From: a virus
Lineage: Duplodnaviria; Caudoviricetes
Direction: 5' to 3' (one strand)
DNA: 42,337 bases
Virus record (IMG/VR): IMGVR_UViG_3300042868_002047
Location: 1-42,337 of that record
A program made the translations under genes and the position numbers. The notes beneath the pieces are model-generated. The model was not told the origin of the DNA. It saw only the letters and a program-made list of their open reading frames with translations, and made no database searches. Numbering within the stretch: position 1 is the first letter of the stretch; the number at the start of each line of letters is the position of its first letter. Shown piece after piece: positions 16,215 to 25,849 of this stretch.

Positions 16215-16894
16215 GCCCCGAACTCTACCGCACCGACTTCCCTATGCCGGATGACCGTAGCTTTAAGAACTACGGTAAACGCTGGACTGATGAAGAGAAG
16301 GACAAACTCGCGTGGTTGTTCTCTCGATTTAGCCTACCCGGCATCTGCCGTCAGCTTGAGCGCCCTAAGGCAGGCGTCTTAGCCAAGCTCTGCGAGGCTA
16401 ACCTGATTCACCATAGCTACCGTGATGGTAAGTATTACATGGGCGCTAAGCCTGAGCCCGTTGACGTGACATCCGCACGCCAAGCAGGTAAGTCTGCCTT
16501 CTTTGCTCACCTCTACGGCACTAGCGAAACCACAGCTAGCACGATACAGGGCAAGAGCTTTGATGCCTACATCATGGATGAGGTCTTTAAGCACCACAAC
16601 ATTCACGATAGCCTGCATGACGCCATGCGTCACGTCCCGCTGGGTCCCGACCTGCAACAACTTCTTAAGGAACCTACCATGAACACTGCACCCAACATTG
16701 AAACCAAGACCTTCATCAACGGTACTGACGCCAGCGCCATGACCGATGCACAAATCTTTAGCAAGATCGCTACGCTTGAGGCTGAACACAATCGCCTTGA
16801 TACCATCAAGGCCAAGCCTACCAAGCTGGTCAAGGTTATGGAGCAGATCACTGCCGACATCGCCGCGCTGGTGACCTATGTTGACGGTCGGTAA
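16211..16894 (+). CDS. mosaic protein: HTH/Myb-like N-domain, terminase/polymerase motif string, helical C-domain
   Basis: GKRWTDEEK...ICRQLERP...VLAKL; RQAGKSAFFAHLYG; IQGKSFDAYIMDE; IHDSLHDAMRH; internal RBS and ATG at 16679. Confidence 0.8.
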   Translation: MSPELYRTDFPMPDDRSFKNYGKRWTDEEKDKLAWLFSRFSLPGICRQLERPKAGVLAKLCEANLIHHSYRDGKYYMGAKPEPVDVTSARQAGKSAFFAHLYGTSETTASTIQGKSFDAYIMDEVFKHHNIHDSLHDAMRHVPLGPDLQQLLKEPTMNTAPNIETKTFINGTDASAMTDAQIFSKIATLEAEHNRLDTIKAKPTKLVKVMEQITADIAALVTYVDGR

Positions 16895-17030
16895 GCCCCT
16901 CATATGGCAGGGCTACAGCGGCTGGTGGTTATGTGCCTGTATCCCCCACAACGGTAACAAAACCACTGGATCAGGCAGCACCCCATTAGAAGCATACAAC
17001 AACTGGAAGGGGCAGCAACTTGTCACTTGA
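16878..17030 (+). CDS. 50-aa hypothetical protein (not in ORF track)
   Basis: MLTVGKPLIWQGYSGWWLCACIPHNGNKTTGSGSTPLEAYNNWKGQQLVT; fills the gap up to the helicase. Confidence 0.6.
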   Translation: MLTVGKPLIWQGYSGWWLCACIPHNGNKTTGSGSTPLEAYNNWKGQQLVT

Positions 17031-18336
17031 CATCACCGCGCTCCGGCTACTCAAGTACCGTGAGCGATACGAAAGGCTGGGCCGTAGCGTACCTAAGGCA
17101 GCGCTTGCCCCGCTTACTGCCACCTTGCTGGAGGACTTCGGCAAATTTTTCAAGGAGTTCCCTGATGCTAACCGCATTGAGCAAGGGCCATTCCTCATGT
17201 GGTTCAAGGGATTCCGTCACCCGAACCTACAAGAGGCTGAGCTTACCGTCTACTCTGCCATCATCGGCAAGTCTATGGAAGATGTCGATGCTAGCATTGA
17301 GTCTGGCCTTATGGCTAGGCTTGTTGCCGCTGACACAGCAGCTAAAGTTACCTCACTGCTTGAGCGATGGAACGCTGGCGACGAGGTTGACCTGTATGCT
17401 ACCCTCCGTGGGCACGTTGAGTCCTACGAACAACAGGTAGATCGCAAGGTCAACAACCCTCAGGTGCTTGATCCCATCGAGGACTTGCTCAAGGCTGAGG
17501 AGAATGACGTCGGCTTGCACTGGCCCCTGCCCTGCCTTAACCGGCACATCAAGCCGCTGCAATCTGGTGACTCTATTGTTGTGGCTATGCGCCCCGACGC
17601 GGGCAAGACTACCTTCTGTACCCAAGTGGTCACACACATGGCACCGCAGGTAGATCAACTGTTCCCTGGCGAGGAGCGCTCTATCCTATGGTTCAACAAC
17701 GAGGGACCGGGCCGCAAGATTGTGATGCGTGCATTCCAGTCTGCGCTTAACGCTACCGTTGAGGACTTGGTCAAGTGGAGCAACGAACCAGCCAGCGCAG
17801 CGGGTACCAAGTACAAGACGCTAGTGCGGGAGAAGTATGCCCAAGCCCTAGGCGGCAGGCCCGGCGTGCTCCGCATCTTCGACATCCATGGTATGTGGAA
17901 CCATGAGGTCGAGGACTTGATGCGTAAGTACAAGCCTGCTCTGGTGGTGTTCGACATGATCGACAACATCAAGTTCGGCGAGGCTATGAGTAACAACGGG
18001 TCACGCACTGATCAGATTCTTGAGGCCATGTACCAGTGGGCTCGGATGATGGGAGTCAAGCATGACTGTGCAACCATAGCCACCAGTCAGCTAAGTGCTG
18101 ACGCTGATGGCGTTAGCTTCCCTACCCTGCCTCAGCTTAAGGATAGCAAGACAGGTAAGCAGGGTGCGTGTGATGTTATCATCACTATCGGTAAACTCAA
18201 TGACCCAGTGCTAGAGAATAGCCGCTACATTGGCACGACCAAGAACAAGAAGGTTAAGACTGGTCAGAAGTCTAGCCCAATGCAGGAGGTGGTGTTTGAT
18301 GGGGCACGTGGTCGCTACGTGGAGATAACGCAATGA
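17020..18336 (+). CDS. DnaB-like (SF4) replicative helicase
   Basis: Walker A MRPDAGKTT, WFNNEG, VVFDMID, ATSQLS, SKTGKQG. Confidence 0.95.
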   Translation: MSLDITALRLLKYRERYERLGRSVPKAALAPLTATLLEDFGKFFKEFPDANRIEQGPFLMWFKGFRHPNLQEAELTVYSAIIGKSMEDVDASIESGLMARLVAADTAAKVTSLLERWNAGDEVDLYATLRGHVESYEQQVDRKVNNPQVLDPIEDLLKAEENDVGLHWPLPCLNRHIKPLQSGDSIVVAMRPDAGKTTFCTQVVTHMAPQVDQLFPGEERSILWFNNEGPGRKIVMRAFQSALNATVEDLVKWSNEPASAAGTKYKTLVREKYAQALGGRPGVLRIFDIHGMWNHEVEDLMRKYKPALVVFDMIDNIKFGEAMSNNGSRTDQILEAMYQWARMMGVKHDCATIATSQLSADADGVSFPTLPQLKDSKTGKQGACDVIITIGKLNDPVLENSRYIGTTKNKKVKTGQKSSPMQEVVFDGARGRYVEITQ

Positions 18337-20741
18337 CAGTCATGCGACCCTGGGACATAGAGACAACCACGACCACTAGCTTCAAGCGCAAGGCTAACCC
18401 CTTTGATGAGGCTAACTGGTGCGTGACGCACGGCTACCGTGATGTCAATGGTGCTATCGTAGAGCACCGCTTCGGCAGCAGCCGCCCGCCTAAGGGCTGG
18501 TTCTTGCAGGTGCTTGAGGGTACTAAGATGCTGGTCGGGTTCAACATTAAGTTCGACCTGTTGCATGCGTTGCAAGACCCCGACAACCTGGAAGGCTGGA
18601 TGCGGTATATCGCAGACGGTGGCCTAGTGTGGGACTGTCAGATCGCTGAGTACCTGCTCAATGGCATGGGCCAGAAGGATCAGATGCTTAGCCTCGACGA
18701 GGTAGCCCCGCGCTACGGCGGAGGCGTTAAGGTGGACGAGGTCAAGGCATTGTGGGCGGCAGGAGTACAGACTCAGGACATCGAGCCCGAGTTGCTTAGC
18801 CGTTACCTATGCGGCGGGCCTGACGAGAACGGTACGTTCCAGCCCGGTGACGTAGAGAACACCGAGAAGATTGCTATTGCACAGATAGCCCGTGCCCGTG
18901 CCTGCGGTCAACTCAACAGCATCCTACTCAACATGGGTGCACTTGTGTTTACCGTCGAGGCTGAGCGTAACGGTATGTTTGTTGACAAGCAGCAAGGCAT
19001 GGACCAAGCTAGGCTACTCGACATCGAAGTCGATAAGCTCACGGCACACCTTGCCACCTACCTACCCGCTGACCTGCCCTTTGACTTCAACTGGAACAGC
19101 ATCTACCACAAGTCGGCGCTGATCTTTGGAGGCACGGTTAACTATGACCGCAAGGAGTGGGACTTGTCCACTGGCGGTACTACGTGGGAGGAGCCTGATG
19201 GTAGCCCTATGTTTGTGTACGCTCAGAAGGAGGCGACGGCTTGGCTACTCGACAACGGTGGGCACACGTTCGTTGATCCGTTTGAGGAGTCGTCCAATGT
19301 ATACGCTACCTTCAAGGGCGGCAAGAATGCTGGCGAGTTCAAGACCAAGAAGGTTAAGGTCAATGACTACACCAAGCCTAAGGGCCGCATGGCTACAGCG
19401 CAGTTCAAGTTCGCCGGGTATACTACCCCCGAGCCTGAGTGGAAGGGCGCTATACCCGGGGTCTATAGCACATCGTCCGAAGTTATCGAGGAGCTAGGCA
19501 CAAGGGACATTGCGTTCCTTAAGGACTACGCTAGCCTGATGAAGCTGTCCAAAGACTTGGGCACGTACTACATCAAGAAGCACCCCGAGACTGGCGTAAC
19601 TACAGGCATGTTGACCTTGGTCGATGCACTAGGCATCATCCACCACAAGCTGAATATGTGCAGCACGGTGACGGCACGGCTTAGCAGCAGTGACCCTAAC
19701 TTGCAGAACATACCTAAGGGTAACAACTCCGACATCAAGTTGGTGTTCAAGTCCCGCTTTGGTAAGTGGATCACGGATGACTATGGTGACATGGTCTATG
19801 TGCCAGATGGTAAGATCATCCAGTCAGACTTCTCAAGTCTTGAGGTGTACGTTCAGGCTATCCTGACCAAGTGCCAGCAGCTTATTGCTGACCTGCGTGC
19901 CGGGCTCGACATGCACTGTGTTAAGTTAGCAGCTAAAGAGGGGATGTCGTATGACGATGTGTATGCTCTATGCAAGGGTGACAAGTATGATAAGGCATGG
20001 GATTACAAACGAACCAAGGCCAAGGAGTACAGCTTCCAGTCTGCCTTTGGTGCAGGGGATAAAGCTATTGCCAAGAAAACTGGCATGGCTATTGAAGACG
20101 TTGAGCGCCTGCGTGCAGCAGATGAAGCGCGATACCCTGAGATACCCCAGTACTATGCCGACATCACTGCGACCATCAAGGCAGGGCGTAAGGTCACCCG
20201 CACGATACCCCATCCAGAGTTCCCCGGAGTCATGTGCAACATCGGCACAAGCTACTTCCGTACCCCGGATGGTAAGCTCTATAGCTACATCGAGTCACCC
20301 GCCCCCGGCTACCTTGTCAAGCGAGGCACTACAGCTAGCTTCTCCCCTACGGAAATCCGTAACTATGTGGTCCAAGGAACAGGCGGTGAGTGGGCCAAAG
20401 CGGCAATGGCCCTTTCCGTCAGGGCCTTCTACGCTCGGCGTAACTTCGGAGGAAAAGGCTTACTTGTTAACCAAGTGCATGATGCCGTATACTCAGACGC
20501 CTGCAACTCAGTAGCCTTTGAGGCTGCGGCTTTGCTTCATGCCTGCATGGAAGGGGCTAGCGATTACATGGCGTTCATGTTTAAGTGGGACATCCCCTTG
20601 CCTGTGCCTAGCGACACTAGCTGGGGCTTGAGCATGATGGACGAGGACAAGATACCCGGCCTCAAGGAACGAGCAGCAGTGCTGCGAACAGAATTGCGTA
20701 AGCAATACATGGGTGGCTTCACCCCAATCTCTTATCAATAG
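18333..20741 (+). CDS. family A DNA polymerase with 3'-5' exonuclease
   Basis: WDIET and GFNIKFD exonuclease motifs; TARLSSSDPNLQNIP; motif A DFSSLE; motif B RTKAKEYSFQSAFG; motif C QVHDA. Confidence 0.97.
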   Translation: MTVMRPWDIETTTTTSFKRKANPFDEANWCVTHGYRDVNGAIVEHRFGSSRPPKGWFLQVLEGTKMLVGFNIKFDLLHALQDPDNLEGWMRYIADGGLVWDCQIAEYLLNGMGQKDQMLSLDEVAPRYGGGVKVDEVKALWAAGVQTQDIEPELLSRYLCGGPDENGTFQPGDVENTEKIAIAQIARARACGQLNSILLNMGALVFTVEAERNGMFVDKQQGMDQARLLDIEVDKLTAHLATYLPADLPFDFNWNSIYHKSALIFGGTVNYDRKEWDLSTGGTTWEEPDGSPMFVYAQKEATAWLLDNGGHTFVDPFEESSNVYATFKGGKNAGEFKTKKVKVNDYTKPKGRMATAQFKFAGYTTPEPEWKGAIPGVYSTSSEVIEELGTRDIAFLKDYASLMKLSKDLGTYYIKKHPETGVTTGMLTLVDALGIIHHKLNMCSTVTARLSSSDPNLQNIPKGNNSDIKLVFKSRFGKWITDDYGDMVYVPDGKIIQSDFSSLEVYVQAILTKCQQLIADLRAGLDMHCVKLAAKEGMSYDDVYALCKGDKYDKAWDYKRTKAKEYSFQSAFGAGDKAIAKKTGMAIEDVERLRAADEARYPEIPQYYADITATIKAGRKVTRTIPHPEFPGVMCNIGTSYFRTPDGKLYSYIESPAPGYLVKRGTTASFSPTEIRNYVVQGTGGEWAKAAMALSVRAFYARRNFGGKGLLVNQVHDAVYSDACNSVAFEAAALLHACMEGASDYMAFMFKWDIPLPVPSDTSWGLSMMDEDKIPGLKERAAVLRTELRKQYMGGFTPISYQ

Positions 20742-20749
20742 GAACTACA

Positions 20750-21633
20750 TGATCGACTTCAAAGCGTTAGGTGCCCGGGCTGCGGCTGAGGGCAAGGACA
20801 TGACACAGGCACAGGCTGGCGGCGGTGACTACACCCCACCACCCGAAGGTCCCTGCCGTGTTCGCTTCATTGGCTATATTGAACTGGGCAAGCAGAAGCA
20901 AAAGGTCAAGGGCATCGAGCAGATCAAGGACATGGTGCAGCTTGTGTTTGAAGTACATGGTAAGGCGTACCCTGTACACGTTGCCGATGACGGGACCAAG
21001 ACTCCGGTGCGTATCAGCATCGAGACTAACCTGAGTCTCAACGAGAAGGCACACTTCTACAAACTGTTCCAGCGTATGAACCACACGCAACAAGCCAAAC
21101 ACATGGCCGAGTTGCTGGGCAATGGCTACAAGGCGCAGATCGTACACGACAAGTGGACAGGGCAAGACGGTAAGGAGCGCATCACAGCTACGCTTAAGGC
21201 GGCTGACGGCTACACCATCCAGCCTGCACGGGTTGAGGATGACGAGGTCGAGGGCGGCTGGCGTGCGCTTGAGGTGCCTCCTGCTATCAGCAGCATCCGT
21301 TGCTTCTTGTGGGACTACGCCGACCTCGACCAGTGGGGTAGCCTGTTCATCGACGGCGAGTTCCCTGAGCGTAAGAACGACAAGGGTGAAGTGATCGCCA
21401 AGGCCAAGAGCAAGAACGTCTTTCAAGACCGCATCAAGCGGGCCGTTAACTTCAGCAGCTCTCCGATGTACGCCCTGCTCACAGCAGGTGGCGCTAAGCT
21501 GGACATCCCTGATGCGGAGGATGGCGAGGACGCACTGGGAAAGCCGGAGCAGTCAGCTTCGACGACATCCCCTTCTGAGCAGGTGGCTAAGCTGGCCGCA
21601 GGCGGGGCCGATGCACTGTCGGGTATCTGCTAA
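20750..21633 (+). CDS. replication-module protein, probable ssDNA-binding/annealing protein
   Basis: RBS AGGA before ATG 20750; position after pol as in phiKMV-like phages; RFIGYIELGKQ; acidic low-complexity C-tail. Confidence 0.6.
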
Positions 21634-22034
21634 TGGCTACCCTCGATGACGCTAAAGGCGTGGTCGAGGGCCTTACCTTCAACATCGAGAAGCACCGATT
21701 CATCGGGTCAGCCTTCATCAATGGCGAGGGTAAGGACGTAGACATCCTGATCCAGATAGGCGAGCATGCTGATCTGGATGATCGTGCTTACGATCTCAAG
21801 TACCGCGGCTGGACAATCAACGCGGCTAACGATGACTACCCCAGCGCTGCTGGTTGGTTCGCTGCGCGTAAGGGCTTGGTGAACCTGCTGGTTACAACAG
21901 ACCCCGAGTTCTATTGGGCTATGGGCAAGGCTGCTGATGTGTGCAAGAACTTGGTGGCTGTCGGTAGGCTACAGCCTGACGACAAGAGTGCCCGAGTGAT
22001 CATCCACCGCACCTTAACTGGAGAGGCCCTGTGA
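21633..22034 (+). CDS. minimal Pol-beta-superfamily nucleotidyltransferase-like protein
   Basis: FIGS......KDVDILI (GS + DxD); third acidic site appears as VNLLV. Confidence 0.7.
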   Translation: MATLDDAKGVVEGLTFNIEKHRFIGSAFINGEGKDVDILIQIGEHADLDDRAYDLKYRGWTINAANDDYPSAAGWFAARKGLVNLLVTTDPEFYWAMGKAADVCKNLVAVGRLQPDDKSARVIIHRTLTGEAL

Positions 22035-23023
22035 GCATAGCAGACGCAATCAGTAAGGCCGTCGCTACTGCCCCGCAGGGCATGGGCGATGCGCCTATAC
22101 TATCGAATCGAATCTTACGAGTAGACGGCGATGGCCTTGCGTACTACTGTGCAGGTAAGGATGGGTCTGACCCCGCCGATGCCAAGCGTGCAGTGCTGGA
22201 TAAAATCCGGTCAGCACGCCGAGCATGTGGCGCTGAGAAAGTCATTGTTCTTTTAACAGCAACAGGCAGCACCAAGGGTGGCCGGTACGCTGTGGCTACA
22301 GTCAAGCCCTACCAAGGGCAGCGCGTGTCAAGCCGACGCCCCGAGAACTGGCGCTTCCTGCGTGAGTTCCTTGAGGGCTACGACGGCACAGAGTTTGTAG
22401 TACAGACAAGCCTCGACCAAGAGGCCGATGACCTGTTCGCTCAGGCCAGTCATGCTGACCCGCTAGCCCATGAGAACTGTGTGATCTATACACAGGACAA
22501 GGACATGCGTATGATCCCCGGCATCCACCTTAACTGGGTGGATCACAGCATGGTGATTGTGCCGCATGGTACGTGGGCTATCGTGCATAACGACAAGGTC
22601 TATGGGCGCAAGTGGTTCTGGCTACAGATGCTACACGGTGACACAGCCGACAACATCCCGGGCCTGTTCCGCATGGTGGTCAAAGGCAAAGAGGTCAAGG
22701 TAGGCGAGGTAACTGCCAACAAGATTCTTGCTGTGGCTAAGGACGAGGATGATGCATGGTCACTTGTGCTTGAGGCATACGAGACATACTACGGCCCCGG
22801 CTTTGCTGAGGTGCACTTGGCCGAGCAGGCGCAGTTGCTATGGATGCAGCGTACCTCAGGTAACCTTGACGTGTTCGGCGAGGGTGCGCCTTTGTGCTGG
22901 GCCAGTGCTCAGACTATGGAAGTAATCAACGCACGCATTCAAGCTGCTAAGGAACTCAATGACCTTGCCAACCAGACTCAAGACAACGCAAGTATCAGCG
23001 GCGCGGGCGCAACTAGCGAGTAA
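22031..23023 (+). CDS. 5'-3' exonuclease (T7 gp6/FEN-like)
   Basis: VDGD, PYQGQR, EADD, DKDMRMIPG, GDTADNIPG. Confidence 0.93.
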   Translation: MSIADAISKAVATAPQGMGDAPILSNRILRVDGDGLAYYCAGKDGSDPADAKRAVLDKIRSARRACGAEKVIVLLTATGSTKGGRYAVATVKPYQGQRVSSRRPENWRFLREFLEGYDGTEFVVQTSLDQEADDLFAQASHADPLAHENCVIYTQDKDMRMIPGIHLNWVDHSMVIVPHGTWAIVHNDKVYGRKWFWLQMLHGDTADNIPGLFRMVVKGKEVKVGEVTANKILAVAKDEDDAWSLVLEAYETYYGPGFAEVHLAEQAQLLWMQRTSGNLDVFGEGAPLCWASAQTMEVINARIQAAKELNDLANQTQDNASISGAGATSE

Positions 23024-23345
23024 GCAGGGACAACGCTGCGCTGTGTGTAACACGGTGATGGCCCCTGGCACGGAAGTGCTGGACCATTGCCACAGTACCG
23101 GCGCGGTGCGTGCTACCCTGCATCGTGGATGCAATGCCCTACTCGGTAAGATCGAGAACAATCACAAGCGGTATGGTGTAACCAACTTGGCTGCGTTTAC
23201 TAATGGGGTCGCTGCATACTTGCAGTACCACATGACTAACCAGACAGGCTGGCTGCACCCTACTCATAAGTCGGAAGACGAGAAGCGTATCCGACGCAAC
23301 ACCCTTGCCCGTAAAGCGAGGGCTACAAAGAAAGCAACAGCATGA
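22959..23345 (+). CDS. endonuclease VII-like resolvase
   Basis: QGQRCAVC, LDHCHSTGAVRATLHRGCNALLG. Confidence 0.92.
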   Translation: MTLPTRLKTTQVSAARAQLASKQGQRCAVCNTVMAPGTEVLDHCHSTGAVRATLHRGCNALLGKIENNHKRYGVTNLAAFTNGVAAYLQYHMTNQTGWLHPTHKSEDEKRIRRNTLARKARATKKATA

Positions 23346-24127
23346 TTAAAGGCCCCAAAGTTGGCGTGTTAGATATTGAGACAGCGCCTATCATCGGCAA
23401 CGTATGGGGCCTGTACGATCAGAACGTAGGTATCAACCAGATCGAGAAAGAGTGGGCTATCCTTAGCTTCGCCTTCGTTGATCTGGATGGGCGTAAGCGT
23501 GACGTAGTCTACATGGACAATGCAGGCAATGACGACCCGCGTGATGACTTCGTACTGTGCTACGCGCTGTGGGAAATACTCAACGAGTACGACTTCATCA
23601 TCGCACAGAACGGTAAACGCTTTGACTTGAAGAAGATCAGGGCTAGGCTTATCGAGCTTGGCTTCCCGCCACACAGCCCGGTGCAGGTCATCGACACAAT
23701 GCTGATGGCACGGCAGGTAGCAGCCTTCACCAGCAACAAGCTGGAATGGTTGTCAGCCCACCTGACAGACATCCCCAAGAGTAAGCACAAGAAGTTCCCA
23801 GGCTTTGAGCTATGGGCCGAGTGCCTCAAGGGTAACCCTGCTGCGTGGAAAGAGATGCGCCGGTATAACATACCAGACATCCTAGCCTGCCGTGCGCTAT
23901 ACCTTAAGCTGCGCCCGTGGGTAACCGACCACCCTAACTTCAACGTGTACCATGATGAAACTGACCTTGCCTGCCCGCGTTGCTCTAGCAGCGATCTGCA
24001 TGAGCGGGGTTATAGTTACACTTCTGTCGGGAAGTATCGCCGCTATGTGTGTGGGTGTTGTGGCGGCTGGACTCGTAGCCGTTTCACATTGAACACCACA
24101 ACCAAGCGTAAGACGCTGTTGAAATGA
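23342..24127 (+). CDS. DnaQ/RNase H-like 3'-5' exonuclease with C-terminal Zn ribbon
   Basis: LDIET, AQNGKRFD, YNIPDI, CPRC...CGCCG. Confidence 0.88.
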   Translation: MIKGPKVGVLDIETAPIIGNVWGLYDQNVGINQIEKEWAILSFAFVDLDGRKRDVVYMDNAGNDDPRDDFVLCYALWEILNEYDFIIAQNGKRFDLKKIRARLIELGFPPHSPVQVIDTMLMARQVAAFTSNKLEWLSAHLTDIPKSKHKKFPGFELWAECLKGNPAAWKEMRRYNIPDILACRALYLKLRPWVTDHPNFNVYHDETDLACPRCSSSDLHERGYSYTSVGKYRRYVCGCCGGWTRSRFTLNTTTKRKTLLK

Positions 24128-24297
24128 TCCAAGTAGGCGACACCGTAAAACGTGTGGCCGCTACCTCCACCAGCCTGCTGCCTAAGGGCACGGTCGGGGA
24201 GGTGGCTGCGGTCACTACCCATAATCTTATCCTCGTAGCATACAGGTATCTGTTGTTACCGCTTGAGGATTTTGTCAAAGTTAACAAGGAGAACTGA
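24124..24297 (+). CDS. 57-aa SH3/KOW-like hypothetical protein (not in ORF track)
   Basis: ATGA and TGATG coupling on both sides; MIQVGDTVKRV...GTVGEV. Confidence 0.7.
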   Translation: MIQVGDTVKRVAATSTSLLPKGTVGEVAAVTTHNLILVAYRYLLLPLEDFVKVNKEN

Positions 24298-24695
24298 TGT
24301 CTACTAACTCTGATCGTAACCTACCGTTTAACCCCAACTGGGTGCCTAGTGGCGGCACCGTCAAGGAGACTGATCCACATGGCCGTTCCCTTAACGAGCC
24401 GGGGGCTAAGGCTGACGCCGGTAAGCTACGACCCACACTCGTACTCCGAGACATGGCTAACGCCATCCTCGCGGTCACAAAGATCGCGACTGATGGTGCT
24501 ATCAAGTACACACCCGGCGGCTGGATCGTCGTACCTGAGGCGCAGGAGCGTTATGAGGATGCGCACCTACGGCACATGCTCAAGCGCTTTGCCGGTGAGC
24601 AGGTGGACTCAGATAGCCATAGCCTTCACCTCGCTCATGAAGCGTGGAATGCGTTGGCTAAGTTAGAACTTCATATCAGGAACACCAAAGCATGA
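24297..24695 (+). CDS. dATP/dGTP diphosphohydrolase-like (DUF5664) protein
   Basis: GAKADAGK, GAIKY...W, RYEDAHLRH, DSDS.SLHLAH.AWN. Confidence 0.8.
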   Translation: MSTNSDRNLPFNPNWVPSGGTVKETDPHGRSLNEPGAKADAGKLRPTLVLRDMANAILAVTKIATDGAIKYTPGGWIVVPEAQERYEDAHLRHMLKRFAGEQVDSDSHSLHLAHEAWNALAKLELHIRNTKA

Positions 24696-24928
24696 GCGCA
24701 GCTACAGCACTTGTGATAGCTCTGGCTATCTACACCCCCGGCACAGTACGCTGTAGCCAAGAGCATGAGGACTTTGTGTATGAGGCAGTCGAGGCTACGG
24801 GCTTTGACGAGGGCCAGAAGGCTGAGCTTTACGCACGCATTGCCGAAGTGCTTACCCCGTCAACCCCACTGCGCGAGGCCGAGTACGCCATCGAGCAGGC
24901 TATCAATAAGGTACAGGACCGTGGCTGA
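24692..24928 (+). CDS. hypothetical protein
   Basis: ATGA coupling; 78 aa. Confidence 0.65.
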   Translation: MSAATALVIALAIYTPGTVRCSQEHEDFVYEAVEATGFDEGQKAELYARIAEVLTPSTPLREAEYAIEQAINKVQDRG

Positions 24929-25841
24929 TTACATCGTACACAAAGCTATTGAGCTAGACGCCCTAAGCAAGAAGCTACAGGCTGACATTGAGAACCATGA
25001 GTACATCCTGTCCCCTAAGTATGACGGGTGCCATGTGATCTTCTTGTTCGATAAGGGTAGGTTCGTCGCCGCCCGCAGCCGCACCGACGAGACTGTGCAT
25101 AGCATGGACCACATAGGCCGCAGCCTCCTAGACCACTACCCTGAATACCTCGCGTTCAGTAAGGTTGCCATCATGGGTGAGGCATGGATTCCCGGTGTGG
25201 AGTTCAGCGAGATTAGCGGAACCTTCCGACGCCATGCACCGCAGCCTCACCTAGGCTTCGTGCCCTTCGACACCGTGACGTGGCGCATGGACCAAGCCGA
25301 GGACGGGCGGCCTGTACTCGGTGAGTTCCATCACATTAAGGAAGGCCCCCTCAAGGATACCCGCACCTACTCCGAGCGCTTAGCTGCGCTCCGTAACCGG
25401 CACGACATGGTTAGTCTGGTGCATGCACCGGCGGCTTGGGGTATAAAGGGTAACGTGCTAGCCACAGCAACCTCCGAGGCAAAGCGCTACAAGGAGTTAG
25501 GCGGGTACGATGGCTGCATCCTGGCCCGTCGCGATGGGCGCTACCAAGTAGGCGCAGGTAAGGGTGGTGAGTTCATCAAGATCAAGCCGCTGATTAGCCA
25601 CACCGTTAAGGTGAACGCCCTGTTCCCTGACCGTGGTGAGAAGACTGGCAAGAACACACTGGCCCTAGGCTTCACCTTCAACGGCTTGGGGCAGAAGGTT
25701 AGCACAGGGCTGACGCAAGCCGAGATTGATGATCCTCACCGATTCCTTGGTAAGATGATTGAGGTCGAGGCTATGGGCCTCACAGTTAACGGGCTACTGC
25801 GAGAGCCGCGTTACAAGGGTATTAGAACAGACGTACTATAA
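24921..25841 (+). CDS. ATP-dependent DNA ligase
   Basis: GTG start after AGGA; SPKYDG adenylation motif, MGE, FVPFD, YDGCIL, IKIKP, LREPRY. Confidence 0.93.
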   Translation: MADYIVHKAIELDALSKKLQADIENHEYILSPKYDGCHVIFLFDKGRFVAARSRTDETVHSMDHIGRSLLDHYPEYLAFSKVAIMGEAWIPGVEFSEISGTFRRHAPQPHLGFVPFDTVTWRMDQAEDGRPVLGEFHHIKEGPLKDTRTYSERLAALRNRHDMVSLVHAPAAWGIKGNVLATATSEAKRYKELGGYDGCILARRDGRYQVGAGKGGEFIKIKPLISHTVKVNALFPDRGEKTGKNTLALGFTFNGLGQKVSTGLTQAEIDDPHRFLGKMIEVEAMGLTVNGLLREPRYKGIRTDVL

Positions 25842-25849
25842 GGAACAAG

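Noticed and set aside
20767-21426. 219-aa antisense ORF and the many other minus-strand ORFs
   Set aside because: They lie opposite well-supported genes and are explained by codon bias.
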